Of a DNA stretch of 64,000 bases, positions 16,996-30,452 are shown one piece after another. Source of the DNA: the human T2T-CHM13v2.0 reference genome, Homo sapiens. Each line of letters begins with the position of its first letter. Positions within the stretch are counted from its first letter, which is position 1. The translations under genes and the position numbers were made by a program. The notes beneath the pieces are model-generated. The model saw only the letters and a list, made by a program, of their open reading frames with translations. It had not been told where the DNA came from and did not search any database. The stretch lies in NCBI RefSeq assembly GCF_009914755.1, contig NC_060947.1, one strand, 5' to 3'.

Positions 16996-18484
16996 GTAAA
17001 GGAAATCTTTAAAAATGAATACCTGATACTATAACCTCTTTTCTTGAAACATTCCAATGGCTTCTCCCTGCTACTAATAATAAAAGCCAAACCGATAATT
17101 TCCTTCCACTCTACCCTGGCTCACTTCACTGAAGCTCTACTTGCCTTCTTGCTGTTTCTCAAACACACCAAGGACACTTCTGCCTCAGGTGTTCATACTG
17201 TTCCCATCACCTGGAATACTCTTTCTCTAGATGTTGCATGGTTCAAATTTTCACTTAATTCTAGTCATCTCCTTCTAATCTAAAGTAGCCCAACATCACT
17301 CTCTATGACAGTACCCTGTTTATTTTCTGCAGAGCATCCATCATTCTGAGACCATCATGTTTATGTCCTTTATTTGGTACATCATCTGCCTCTCTCTGGT
17401 AGAATATTAGCTATCAAAGGGTATGGACCTTGCTGTAATTTTTAGTGGATTTATGGGAAAAAAGCAGCAACACATACAAATTGAGAAAATACTGAGGACT
17501 TCAGGAGGAGGAAGAAATAGAAGATACTAGTGATTTTTGAGTGCTGCTGGGGTGTTCAGGGTATTTGGGAAAGCAAAGCACCAAAGACTGAAAATTCCAA
17601 TTTCCCAAGAAAGGTAGTACTTTTAAAGAACGGTCTTGCAATTATGGGATAGAGATGATATATGCAAGCAATGTGAAGAACATCCAGACTTGTCTGCAGT
17701 GGGTGTTATTATTTCATTGGCATCCAACTAGAAAGCTAGTTTATGATCTGTACTGCAGCCTAGTTGAGATTTTTCTTCCACAAAATCATGTTCTTGGTGC
17801 AGTCTGGTCATTTGGGGAGTAATAAAACAGGATGTTGACGTTCAGATCACTTGAGGGGACAAAACTGCACTTTGCAAGTATCTCCTGGGTATTCAGCCTA
17901 ACACTATGCATTCTGGGGTGGGAGTAAAAAGAGAAAGATTCAACCACTACCTGCAAAGAGGGAGGAAAGATGAAATACTCAGCAATAGGGTCAGGGAGCT
18001 GACTAAGAAAGGACCACCCTGTAGGAATCGGTTGGGATGGATGCTCTGGAGATGGAAGAGAGAAGAACAGAGAATTAGAAACCATGGCATCAGTGAACAG
18101 GAGACCTTGAGGTGCTTTGGAACTAGGAGATAATTCAAATCTAGTTTGGGTTTGAATTGATCAGACATTTTTATTCATAAAGCCAAAGTCAAAGGAAGTA
18201 TTAGGCACTGCAGTGTTGATTTCCCATGTCCCTGGATCACCTTCCTCAAAATCTCCAGGTATACTTTTTCAAAAATAAGATTTCCTCCACTTGCCACATC
18301 CTCTCCTTGGGATAACTCCAAAGATTCTGCAATTTAAAATCTTCCTTTGAAATAATTTTTAGGATGCAAAGATTTGAGAGACACTAGTATTGACCATAGA
18401 TAATTTGTCAAGTGAAAAAATTCTGGAACGGGTCTGCTGTCACAAATGAAAGCATACCTTCTCATTCTTTGAAATGCAGAATCA

Positions 18485-18608
18485 AGCTGATTCGAGTGCA
18501 GTGGTGTTTACAACTAATTGGTCAGAACCAGTTACAGATTTCCTTATTCCTTCTCCACTCCCACTGCTTCACTTGATTGGCCTTAAAAAATAAAAATAAA
18601 AAATAAAA
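18485..18608 (+). pseudogene. Y3 RNA (RNY3-derived) retropseudogene with A-rich tail
   Basis: 18485-18584 matches hY3 (GGCTGGTCCGAGTGCAGTGGTGTTTACAACTAATTGATCACAACCAGTTACAGATTTC...CCACTGCTTCACTTGACTAGCCTT) over its full length with about 9 substitutions, followed by (AAAAAT)n. Confidence 0.93.
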
Positions 18609-18819
18609 GTTAGAGTCCATTGCAAAACAGGGGAATCCTGTCAGACTATCTTCTCTTCAGACAGATTTAAACATGGTATGCAACATCCTTTTCTGTACTC
18701 CAATATTCCTATCCCCACCAAAACATACATACATGCTCTAATGTATGAAGGGAAGTGTTATTCTCTAACACCAACATGATGACGGGGTTCCATTGTGGGA
18801 GTATGACATTATTGAGTGA

Positions 18820-20880
18820 TATTTAAGCTGGTTGTGAAATATAACACATCTATAGAAAAGTGCATAAAAAGAATATATTATAAGGAATAAATTATAATGT
18901 GAGCATTCCAGTAACCACTACTTGAGTCAAATAAAGCATGACCAGTCCCCCCAAAAGTACCCCCCCCATGCTCTTTCCTTACACATTCCTGGTTGTTTTA
19001 TATATTTTATCATCTATTTATTTATTTATTTATAAAGTTTTTCAACTTTATAAAAATGGCCTTATATAGTATATATTCTTGTGTGTCTGGGGTTTGTTTT
19101 TCTTTGATGTTATGTTAACAAGATGCATCCAACCTGTATATAGCCAAGTTTGTTCATTTTATTTTCTGTATGATATTCCATTTATGGATATATCACTATT
19201 TATATAAATATTCAACTAGTGTTGAAATTTTGGTTGTGTCCAGTTTGAGACTACTATAAGCAATTCACCTCTTGGCCAGGTCTTCTGGCTTATGTGTGCA
19301 TTGGGTTTTCTAGGCTAAGTGCTTAGCAGTGGTGTTGCTAGGTCTCAGGGTAAATATATTTTAAACTTTAAAGAATACTGGCATATAATGTTTTTATTCA
19401 ATTCTAAATATTTCTTAGTTTCCTTCAACTCAGAGGTTAGTCAGTAATATGCTATTTTGTTCCCAAACATTTGGGTTTCAGAGCCATCTTTGTGTTAACT
19501 GTGGATAAGCATTATGATGAGAGAGCCTAGATTTTACAATATCAATCATTCAGAGATTATTGTGGCCTCTGTTTTCCTAATTCATAGCATATTTCTGTAA
19601 ATGGTGCTCAAAAGAATTTGTATTCTGTTTTTTGGGTGTAGAGTTTTATATTATCTAATGGCCCAATTTTATTATTGTGTTTAAGCCTTTTATATTGCTG
19701 CTTATTTTTGTTTGCTTGAACTTTCAGGTTCTGAGAGTGGTGGGTCAAAATAATCAGCTACAAATGTTAATGTGTCTATTACTTCCTACAGTCTTAACAT
19801 TTGTTGTTACCTAATAACATAGTTTAAAAATGCAGGACTGAAAGTTGGCATAACCATGAAGACAAATAAACAATCATAGTTGAATAACATACCTCTCTCA
19901 GAAATTGATAGAACAAGCAGGGAAAAAAAATCAGTAAGTATATAGCAGTATTGAAAAAATAATTAATGAACTTGACCTAATGGACATATGGATCTATGTG
20001 CAGCTATACCTTTATGTACTTATATATCTATATCTATCTACATCAGCATATACCAAGCAAATGGAAAGTACAATTTTTTCCAGACACATATATAACATTT
20101 ATAAAAATTGACTGTATCATGTTCAGTCAAAAATTGCAAAAGATTGAAACCACCCTGATCATATTCTCTGACCATAAGCAAATTAAGCTAAGAATTGACA
20201 ACAAAATATTAACTAGAAAAAATCTTATTTTGTAAATAAAGAGTCAATTTAAAAGACTTCATGGATAAAGAGGGAATCATAATGGGGATTTGAAAACAGT
20301 TTGAACTGCAAAATAATGAAAATACCAAATAACAAAATTTGTGAGATTCAATTAAAGTAGAAATCAGAAGAAAGAGATGAAAACCTGAAAGTTAATTATT
20401 CTTCCCAAGTAGTTAGAAAAAGAACAACAATAGTGACTCAAGAAAATAATTAGAAAATACTATTACAACTAAATTTACAGTGGCATTAAAAATATAAAGT
20501 ACATGGAAATAAATCTCATATAAAATGTACAAGACCGCCACAAAGAAAATTATATAACTTTATAAAACATGACAGAAATAAATGAGGATATGCCAGATTC
20601 ATAGTTTGAAAAACTCAATATCTTAAATATGTTAACACTCCTGCAATTTATTAGTAATTCTATGTAACCGCAATCAAATTCTAACAAGTCTTATTTTGTG
20701 GAATTTGTCAATCTAACTCTAAAATTTATCTGGAAAATCAAAGGATCATAAATAGTCAAGATACTCCTAAAGAAGAAGATGGTGGAAAGATTTACTCTAC
20801 CAAAAATTTTCTCATTATAAGACTATAATAATTAAGACAAATTAAAATAAATACATCAACAGAACAGGATAGGGAACCGA
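18820..20880. mobile_element. Ancient L1M/L1ME fragments: minus strand ~18820-19830, plus strand ~19860-20880
   Basis: Degenerate L1 3' UTR on minus, then ORF2 endonuclease-region motifs on plus (AAAATTGAC..TTCTCTGACCATAA..AATTAAGCTAAGAAT). Confidence 0.65.
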
Positions 20881-20889
20881 GGAACATCT

Positions 20890-22355
20890 CCATTCCAACT
20901 TTTTCTCTGATTATTCCCTTCATCTTCAGGTCATAACCGCAACCTGGCTATTCACTGAGAATATAACTTACACTGAAGTCCTCTTCAGTGGAGACTTTGT
21001 TCTCTCATACAACATGTACCTTAAGGCCAAAAGAGATAAGGGTTTTTGTCACTCCCATTTTGCTTCCAGACCTTTCCTCATTATTCTTTTAAATAACTCC
21101 TGTCATTATGAGGCTTATACCATACTCCATTATGTTATTTTCCATTGATCATAGCCATCCACTGGTCTTCCTGTCTTACACATCTTACCATCCTCCAGAT
21201 GATTCCAACATCCCCATCAACTGCTCAACAATTTGATCTTCTCATTTCCAGTGAAACAATGTTAGCCACACCTTCCCACAGACATACTCTCAATTTATTC
21301 TTCATCCTAAACTACTCTAAATTAAAATAACCCTGTCGTGAACCAGTCTCCTAGCCATGCTCCTCTCTCATTCTTTATTCGCCCTACATATGTGATTTTT
21401 AAAGATCTCATTGAGACCTCCTGTTCCTTGACCTCTCTATTTTCTTCCCATTTGCTCTCTCTTCTCCCTCTCTCTTCTCTCACCATTGTTTGGTTTGAGG
21501 GCATTTTCATCTTTACCTTCTTTTCCTTTTCACATTCAGGCTTACTAAACTGTCAAGACATCTGCTACCACTTATTCCTCTATAGCTTTAACACCTCCTG
21601 TGTTCCCATATCCAGTGATGGCTGACGTCCAATTGCTAATTCTCAATTCTATATACTTCTCAATATGTCTTCTATCACTACCTTAGTTTAGGCCTTCAGC
21701 ATCTCACTTAAATTACAGCTATAATCTGTATTTCATTCTTTCCCCTCTCTGATTCTTTCTCCACATTGCTTCCAGAGTGGCATTGCTAAAACACAACTCA
21801 ATTCCAAAATTGGAGCCATTTAATGCCTTCTTGTAACCTTGAGGGTGAAGGCTAAACTACTCAGTTTCCAGTTGATCTCCTGCAGCTGAGGCCCCTGCCT
21901 GCCTCTTTACCCTTAACTCCCACTACTCTGCCTCATAAAATCCTTTGCTGCAGTCACACCAAAACATTGGCAGTACTCCAGAAATACTCTTTCATGCCTT
22001 TACGACTTTCTTTGAATGTACTCTTCCTTCTGCCTAGCGGTCCCTCTTCCATGTCATTATATTTCTCTCTCTCTAAGTATCTCCTTGTCTTTCAAAATCC
22101 AGCTTACCTAAAACTCCTGTGTGCTTACTTTGCAATATTATTGCACTTATCCACCTGAACTGTGGTCATTGCTTTGCTAGCCAATAGACTTTGAATTAGT
22201 CACTAGACTTTTTGATAGCCACTAGACCTTAAGCATCTTTGAGGTCAGAGACCACGTCATTTTCTTCGCATAGCTGGCTGCAAGATCAAAACCAAGTACA
22301 GGGTAGGTGCCCTTTTAGGAAACTTTTATTGGTTGAGTGAAGAAATGAACAAATT
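20890..22355 (+). mobile_element. L2 fragments ending in an L2 3' terminus
   Basis: Pyrimidine-rich L2 body (CTCCACATTGCTTCCAGAGTGG) and 3' end TATTGGTTGAGTGAAGAAATGAA. Confidence 0.6.
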
Positions 22356-24099
22356 TCTCACCTCTCTTGAACTTCATGGTTCTAATGATACCTCAGGAAG
22401 AATAATAAATTGTTTTCCAACATATAGATAATTTATTTAGCAAGACAAACCTAAATGCAGTGTAAAATACTCTTATTTTATACTTCAAATTAGTTGTGAG
22501 TTGACTAGATTGCTGCAAATGCTGCCAACAGATCTATCAGCTAGATATAGCTGGGCAAGAGACTACCTCAGAATGAATCCTTAAGTCATCAATGAGTCTT
22601 CAGGGCACATAGAGCAAATCTGAATCTAACATGAAAATTACTCTTGAAAGTATGACAAGTTAGGATACATGATGACAAGTTTTAGGGGAACTTGTTCTGT
22701 TTGGGATCTAAGCAAGTCAACTCCCCTGAGATTTAGAGTATAACACTGAATAATACATAGACAAAGTAGCATCAATATCATTGACTTTCCTCAGCTATAG
22801 AAGGAAGTATCCCAAAGCCCAGCCCTACTGAAAGACAAAGTTGTTAGCCCTAGTGCATCTGCAAGGAGACTTGCAAGGCAATTTATAAGTTTAAATGTCA
22901 GGGAAAAGTGTTTTAAAGAAGTGCAGTCACCTGTGGTCATTACTTTTATTTACATAGACCCAGAATACAGAGCAAAGACAGACTATGGCAAAAGGTGGCA
23001 ACCTTTCCTTAGGGCCTTTTTTCCAAATGTTTTTTTCAGTCTTTCCCCCAAATTATTGAGTTAGAGGCAGTAGCTCCTTTTGTATGGAGTGCAAATAATA
23101 TCTGAAAGAAGACACTTTAAGAAGCCTCTTCCTGCCTTTTGCTCTCAATTCAAACCCGGTTCAGGCTGGAGACTCCCTACTTAAAACCTCGCAGATCTCT
23201 GGGCAGCTCTGCTGGGTCTAAGACCAAGGCCATAGAATATGGAGTAAATAGCTTCTGTTCTGCTCCCTCACCATAGCCTCCTCCAGTTCATCCTGATGGA
23301 CACTGAGGACAGCAGGGCAGGACAGCAACAGGAGAAGACCAGAGAATCCAGTGAAGACCCAAAGGGAGAACCTGCCCAGAAACTAGTTAGCTAAGGCCAA
23401 CTCTGGCAGGACAGTCAGAAAAAAGCCAATCTCTCCACTTCCCAAGGGCCCCTTCCTCCTCCAGCCCCTTCAGATGCCCATATCTCAAGCCTGGATGGAA
23501 GGAGCAGACCTGATGGATAGGGATCAGGATTGAAATCTGAAAAACATTAGGTTCCAAGAGCTAGGAATTCCTGGAATCAAAAATGGGAAGTGCTTCTGAG
23601 CTCAGATGGTTTTGTGGTAGGGAAAGCTTAGAGAGGAGCAGTCAGAGTCTTGAATGTACTGTTTACTGTTACATCTCCAGCATTAACAATGGTGCCTGGC
23701 ACATAGTACGAGCACAGCAAAGTAAATAATTATTGACTAAATGACTGCATTGGCACATAATGAAAGAGCAAATGACTGTAAGAAAGGGTAAGTCTTCAAA
23801 GACAAAGATAGCATAGAGGGCAGAGAAAGGGCAGAGCTTATTTGAGGATCAACTAATAGGCTAGTATGATTAGGTGTACAGAGCTAATGGAGTGTTTTTG
23901 TGTAGCTGTTGAATACAAGGCTTATCTGTAGGCAGTAGAGGCAGAAACATTGTTATAAGATTTTGAATGATCAGAGTTAGGTTTTAGAAGATTAATTTGG
24001 CAATAATATTAAGAATGAATCTGTGGGGAAAGAGGTGAATGTAGGAGAAAGTTGGATGAGTATGGCAAAAGTTCAGGCAAGTAGTAATGAAGCTAATGA

Positions 24100-24975
24100 T
24101 ACCAAGAGTTGGTGAGAATGTGGGGCATGTAGAACTCTCATATTCTGTTGTTGGGAGTATAAACTGGTATAACCACTTTGGAAGATAATTGGTGTTACCT
24201 AGAAAAAGTTGAATTTAGGAAGATCCTATTACCCAGATATTTCAAATATTCTAGGTCTAGGCATATACTATAGGTCAGGGTTTCTCAAACTTAGCACTAT
24301 TAACATTTTGGGTCAGGTAATTCTTGATTGTGGAGAGCTATCTTGTGTATTTTAGGGTGTTTAGCAGCATCCCTGGCCTCTATCCACTAGATGATAATAG
24401 CACACCCTCAGTTGTTGTAACCAAAAATGTTCCCAGACAGAAGTAAATGTCCCTAGGGAGTAAAATTGCCCCCAGTTGAGAACCATTGCTCTAGAAAAAA
24501 TCTTGTACATGGGCATCAGGGTATATGCTAAAAAGATTTGGAGCATCATAATTTGTAAAGGCATACAATTTTCATGGGATAGATAACCATACAGAAGTGA
24601 AAACTGATTACTACAGCTACAAACATCAACATGGATAAATCTCACAAATCACAAAGTTGGTGGGAGGGAAGAATAAGCAAAAAAATGCATATAGTATAAT
24701 TACACTTATATAAAGTCCAAAAAATGGACAAAATCACAGTTACTTGTGCAGCGAACATGTAAAGAAAATAAGTGAATTATTAGCAAAATTCAGGATAGTG
24801 GCTACCTCTGGGAAAGAATGAGGGTATGAATCAGAGAGGGCACATGTGGTTTTCAAAGTCATTGACCATGTTCCGATTCTTAAGGTTGGTGATGGGTACA
24901 GGATTTTCATTTTATTCCGTTACATACCTTACATATATGCTATGTTCTTTTCTGTATACATGAAATAGTCCATAA
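24100..24975 (+). mobile_element. L1ME-type 3' end interrupted by MER20
   Basis: GTTGGTGAGAATGTGG..GGGAGTATAAACTGGTATAACCACTTTGGAA; AAAATTCAGGATAGTGGCTACCTCTGGG. Confidence 0.7.
24276..24488 (+). mobile_element. MER20 (hAT-Charlie non-autonomous DNA transposon)
   Basis: TIRs CAGGGTTTCTCAAAC..GTTGAGAACCATTG; internal TTTAGCAGCATCCCTGGCCTCTATCCACTAGATG; right flank CTCTAGAA fits the Charlie target preference. Confidence 0.9.
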
Positions 24976-26182
24976 TTTGTAAGGAAGTAATGAGGTCTAA
25001 ACGGAATGGCAACTAGAGGCAACTAGAATGGAAAGGAGGGCACCAGAGTAAATAATTGCATGAAGGAGAGGAGAAACAACTTTTAGGTGCTTCTTGAGTG
25101 GACACAAGAGTTTTAAGCTCATTTTCTTCATAGATTTGGTGATGAAATTAATGATTCCTTATATTCTAAGTAAACATACATGATCCATTTCTTAGACTTC
25201 TCAGGAATACAAGTTTCATGCCTTAAAACCAATCCCACTACATAATGTGATTCAAAGAACTTGATAATGGCATATTTAATAAAACTTCATTGCCTCAGAA
25301 TTCTGCTCCATTAGACTTCTAAAACATGTACTCATTAGTATCACTTAAAGTCATAAGCATCTGAAAATAGGGGGCTTAGAATAAGAGTCATTCTTCATCT
25401 CTAACACTAGTTTCATTAGAGTATTTCTAACTGTACAGAAAGCTGATTCCAACTCCAAACCCCTTCACCCCACTCTTTTTCCCCAGTGGTTACCCCCCAG
25501 ATAGTGAAATAAAAGGAAAAGTTGTGATCATACTCTTTCAAAAGACTGAGCTATAAACTAAATAAAATATTAAAATATTTTCCTGGACATGGCAAAGGGG
25601 AACAAGACAGGCCTTTCCCTAAAAGAAGCACAAGGTGTTCAACTTTGAAGGACTCAATGAGAACTTTTACATATGTGAAAATAGAAAACCCCACAAACAT
25701 CCAGAGAAACAGAAATACAGGAAATATTCTGATATTATTAGGAACAAGCTCTCAAAGACTCAGAGAAGCCTGATACACCAGAGCCATAGCAAACCCTTGA
25801 GAATAGCAAGTCTAACTTCTGCATAAGAATGTGGGGAGGCAAAGTGGATCCCAGAGAGGAGAAGGTGCTTGACCAAGGTCCTCCAGCTAACCAGAGGCAG
25901 AGCTAAGGCTAGAATCCTTATATCCTACTCTTGGCTCTTTGTTGTTCCAGAGGCTAAGAATGAGCCATGGATATTGTTATTCTGAATGTTAGAGCTAGAA
26001 GTGCCCTTAGAAATCATTTGGTAAAATTCTCTGTTTATACTGATGGGATAACTTAGACCCAGAGAAGAGGAATGACTTGCAAAACTCATCATGCTGGAGC
26101 TAGAACTTAGTCTGCACACTATAAATACTGCACTTAGCCAAATCTTCAGGTTTTTAACTCAAAATTTTCAGTTTTTGTACCA

Positions 26183-26650
26183 ATGTATCTAATGAACAGG
26201 GATTTTTAGTTACAAGTAACAGAAAAGCCTCTGAAACTGACTTAAGCCAAAAGGAAATTATTAGCTGACCTAACTGGGAATTTCAAGGGTATATCCAGTA
26301 GTTCAAACGATATTAGTTCACTTTTCCTCTCCCCCTTCACTTTTCAGTTCTGCTTTTCTTAGGCCTTTTCTCTCCTATACTAGATGGGATTTCATATAGA
26401 GAGATAAGACTTACATGGAACAACTTTAACAACTCCAGTAGAACAATAACAATAACTCTCAAGGACTTTATATCTCTTTCAGAAAAGGGCTCTGATAAAC
26501 CCTTGTGTGGATCATATGTCATTGCATCGACACTTCCTCAGTTAGGGTGGCTTTCACCATTTCACTTCCATTATGCTCTTGCCATGAAAAGGGAAAATGC
26601 CAATTCATTGTGGGATGGGTATTCCCCTTGGTAAAGTAGACATTATTTTC
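26183..26650 (-). mobile_element. Old MaLR LTR (MLT1J/K/L-like)
   Basis: TTAGTTACAAGTAACAGAAAAGCC..AACTGACTTAAGCCAAAAGGAAATT is a typical antisense MLT1 end. Confidence 0.55.
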
Positions 26651-27199
26651 ACCCCATTCATAACTGACTTTGAAGGCAAAAGTAAATGATAGATGGGAAA
26701 GGTAGGAGAAAAAGGGCATTATCTATGCTTTAACCTCATAGATCAAGAATAAAAGACTGGGTCTCTTAGTTAATAAACAACAAATAAATAAATAGATGTG
26801 CAGTCAGTGATTCTATCTCATATTATTGCATGACACCAGGAATGATACTTCATCATTCAGATGGAGTAACCTCTCCCCAATTCACATTTTCTCATTAGAA
26901 CAACAAGGATAAGAATCTTAGTGCAATCCACTGCAAAGGGCTGTGATGACCAAGGGTGCCATATTGCTCACCTCTGGGGAGGGAAGGAGTGGCAGTCCTA
27001 TTACAACCTGAATGCCAGGATGATGAAACTAATGCTGGTCAATACATAACTTTTTGCAGTGGCCCTGGTTGTGAGAATTCAATGAAATGATGAATGTGAA
27101 AGCATTTTGTAAGCTGTAAAGTTTGTCAGAATTTATCAAAGACGTTGTATCTGCCTTCAAGAAGCTCACATGCAAGTTGAATCAGAGAAGCAAAACCAC

Positions 27200-27765
27200 A
27201 AAGATAGATTTTTTTAAATATCTGAATTTGTTATAGGAATTTGACAACTGCGGGGCTGGTTAAACAGAATCTGTAGGGCTGTTGCCTTTGCATCTGATTT
27301 TGAATCTTAAAGTCCACAGGTCAGGCAGCAGGGAAGGAAAGACAAATGTAAGATGGGGGAGAGCAAAAACAAGATGGGACCCACTGGCGTACGCTAGAGC
27401 TCACAAGATAAACTGAGACTCATGTCTGTTCTTGATGGCTCTGATCTTGGTTGTGTGAGTGTCCTGGAGAATTTGGGGCCCTTTGTTATTGAACTAAATA
27501 AACAATCTGGTCCAGAAGTTAGAGAAGCTAAAATAGAATTCAGAGAAAGGTGTAGCAATTGCAGGCCTGGCTGCTGCATTATACCACCAAGATGAGCCAG
27601 GAGATATGTGGCAATGTTTATGAGCTGTAAAATGACAGCTGCTTCCCTTCTGTCTTGTAAAACTCTCACAAGAATCTCTCTTGTGACCCACCATAACCTG
27701 TAGAAAAGGAAATTCTTGGAAACATAACTTGGCTTAGCCAGTTGGATACATTACAAACCCAAGTG
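27200..27765 (-). mobile_element. Probable ERVL-class LTR (MLT2-like)
   Basis: AAAGTCCACAGGTCAGGCAG..AATTCTTGGAAACATAAC..TTAGCCAGTTGGATACAT resembles antisense MLT2-type LTRs. Confidence 0.4.
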
Positions 27766-29319
27766 TTAAGTGGAGACAATTGGTAGGAACTACTTTCTCA
27801 TTGGAAGACAGATAGGGTTACAGGAAGAGGAGATATGTTGAGCAAGGGCACAGATGTGAGGTATGGGGTATGTTTGAGAATCAATAACTAGCCTAGTTTT
27901 TCAGACATTTGGACTGTAGGAATAGGAATATATGAAACTAAAATAAAGTTTGGAGTAAAACAAAGCAATTCTTGAATGCTAGATGACAAAACTAATGCCA
28001 TGTTGAATGGAGAAAATATTAAAAGTTGCTAAGCAGGTGAATGCCATTTTTGGAAATTTAATCTGTCAAGTAGGTACACGATTGAACAGAGGAGGGAAGG
28101 ACTAAGGCAGGAGATAAGCTTGCTGCCAAACAGAGGACTTGGCCTCATTTTTGCTCCATCCTAGTTCTCAAGCCTTGGAGAGGCATGAAAGGGCACAGGA
28201 GCCACTCAACTGCTCCATGGCATTCAGTTGCTAGCTCTTGTGCTCTGTGTGATCCTTCAGCCCCTTAGTTCTAGTAACAAATTTCTCTCTATCTCTCAAA
28301 TACCCCTCACTGTGCCCAAGAGGTCTTTTGCAATAATCGATGATTGGTGTGACAACAAGAGATACAAGGTTTTTCTGAGAGGATCAGTGCCAAGGAATAT
28401 CTCATGGAGCTATTGGATACTGGCTGCATACTTGGGCCAATTAAGCACTGTTCTTGGAGGCACAAATGTACACATTTGCACATTATAGGGAAAGAAGAAA
28501 GCATAAGACCCCTACTGGCTTGAGACTTTGCAATAGCTCTTCAGTTCAAATTTCAGCAGGTGGTAGAGAGCAAATGCTTCAGTGTCAGGTCTACCACACT
28601 TAGTGTGCAATTGGAAAGTCCGAGCAGAGATGCATGCCAGCCCTGGACCTGGAACTTGAAGTCAGGGCCACAAGTACTGAGTCCTTGATTTAAGCTTACT
28701 AAACGTGGCACCCCAGGCAACCACCCTTCCTCTCAGGGCCTTAGTTTCTTCATGTGTGTAATTGAAGTAATGACAATCCCTTCATTGCCTGACAGCTGCA
28801 GTAAGGGTCCCCTGAGATGACAGCTGTGACAGTAATTGGTAAAATTTTAAAAGCTGTACTAAGGAGACAAGTCCTCGTGGTTATTGTAAAGGAATCTTTA
28901 CTAGCCTGAGAAATGCTATAGCCCCAGTAGTGCTTAATAAATAATTCCCGGTTCTTTCTGCTGCTACAACTAAAGGTTTTTGACTTACAAGGAAAACATT
29001 TAATTAGAAGAAAGACTGGGTAACTTTCATTGTGAGGTAAAGTTAACACTGCAGCCTTCAGTGAGGCCTGGGAAGAAGTTGCTCCCACTCATTCCATCAT
29101 TCCCTCACTAATTCTTTTGGACGTTTCTCTTTTAAACCTTTGTTCCTCTCCTTTTTCCCTTTTCTTCAACTGAGTTCATCTCACAGCCCACCCCTTGAAC
29201 TTATCTCCATTTCTCCTTTCCCCTAAACTTGCTCCCATTCTTTCTTACTTCTGTTATGTCTTTGTTTACTGAAGTCCCCTTTTTGCCTGTGTTTGTCTGA
29301 CTATCTCTGCTTTTCACTC

Positions 29320-29368
29320 TGTCTCTCTTGCCCCCTCCCTCTCTGTCTCTCTCTTTCTCTGCCCCCGA

Positions 29369-29399
<31 letters not shown>

Positions 29400-29418
29400 C
29401 CTCTCTCACATACACACA
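29320..29418. repeat. (CT)n-rich tract with short (CA)n
   Basis: Read directly from the sequence. Confidence 0.9.
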
Positions 29419-29476
29419 TTTTAAAAACGAATTCTCTCTGCTGAGAAATTCCAGAAAAGACAGCCTTCCAGCCATT

Positions 29477-29489
29477 GTTGCTAGGCAAC
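29477..29489. promoter_or_regulatory. RFX X-box motif GTTGCTAGGCAAC, with a GC-box-like GGCCGCCCCC just downstream
   Basis: Matches the palindromic RFX consensus GTTGC(N3)GCAAC in non-repeat sequence. Function is not shown by sequence alone. Confidence 0.5.
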
Positions 29490-29744
29490 CCATTATCTCA
29501 TGGCCGCCCCCACATTTTCTGTCTGCTGCTCCTTCAAAGCTTTGCTATTCAGGCTCCATATTATAGCTCAGATTCAGTACACCTGAGGAAAGAACAGGTC
29601 TGGTTGGCTCACTTATAGTTGGCCAAAGGTTTCTCAGCTTCACTCCATGATATCTAAGTTGCTGAAAATACAATAGAGGGAAAAGCTAAGGAAAAAAAAA
29701 AAAGTATTACAGGATGGTATGTACTCCTACATACTGCTCTCCAG

Positions 29745-29920
29745 AGAAGGAGGTTCTTAACTTGCTATGTATGGAACTCCTAGGTACACTATTGAGAAAC
29801 CACAGAGGCTGAAACCACCTTTTGAAAAGTCATGTAAAAATCATATATGTATATTTATTTGTTCTTTTTATTGCTGGTTGTGTGAAGGTTCATAGCTTTT
29901 ATCAAATTCTCCAAGGAAGA
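29745..29920 (+). mobile_element. MER103C-like hAT fragment
   Basis: GAGGTTCTTAAC...GGTTCATAGCTTTTATCAAATTCTCCAAGG. Confidence 0.6.
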
Positions 29921-29956
29921 AAGGCTTTCCAGGAAGTTCTTCCAACTCTTATCAAA

Positions 29957-30452
29957 TTGTCTGTGCTGAATGTTTCTCATTGCGTCCTGCTCATAACCCG
30001 TCTTTCCACTCCTCCACCCTGCTCTGACATGCATGGACTGCTTCAATGGGCCCCCTTGCCCAGTGGTTTCAAGTTGGCTTCAGCTACCAGGAGGCATCTC
30101 CAGGAGATCAATGGGAGAGGTTGTAAGAGAAACAGAACAGAGTATTTATTTCCTTGGCTACTGCCCTGCTAGCCCACCATGGGTTTGTGGTGCTCCCCTA
30201 TTGAACATCACGACTTCTGTCAGGAAGCTTTCCCTTTATGTCCGCCATCTCCCTTCAGGTTCTGGTAACTGCTCTCCTCGTATTCTTTCAGACCTAGGGA
30301 AAGTAAGGGTTATGGCAATTAATAGCCCCAGGGAAACTTGTTGGTTCCCTTAAACCCTGCCCACACATCAGTAAACAGTCTGTTTATTAAACCTACCTCA
30401 AATTATCCAGTTTGAGAGAGCTATATGTTTTCTGCTGGTATATACCCTTACT
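29957..30452 (+). mobile_element. LTR33-type ERVL solo LTR
   Basis: CTCCACCCTGCTCTG..ATGGACTGC..CCCTTGCCC..CAGGAGATC and a 3' AACCCTGCCCACAC..GTAAACAG..TTTATTAAAC. Confidence 0.75.
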
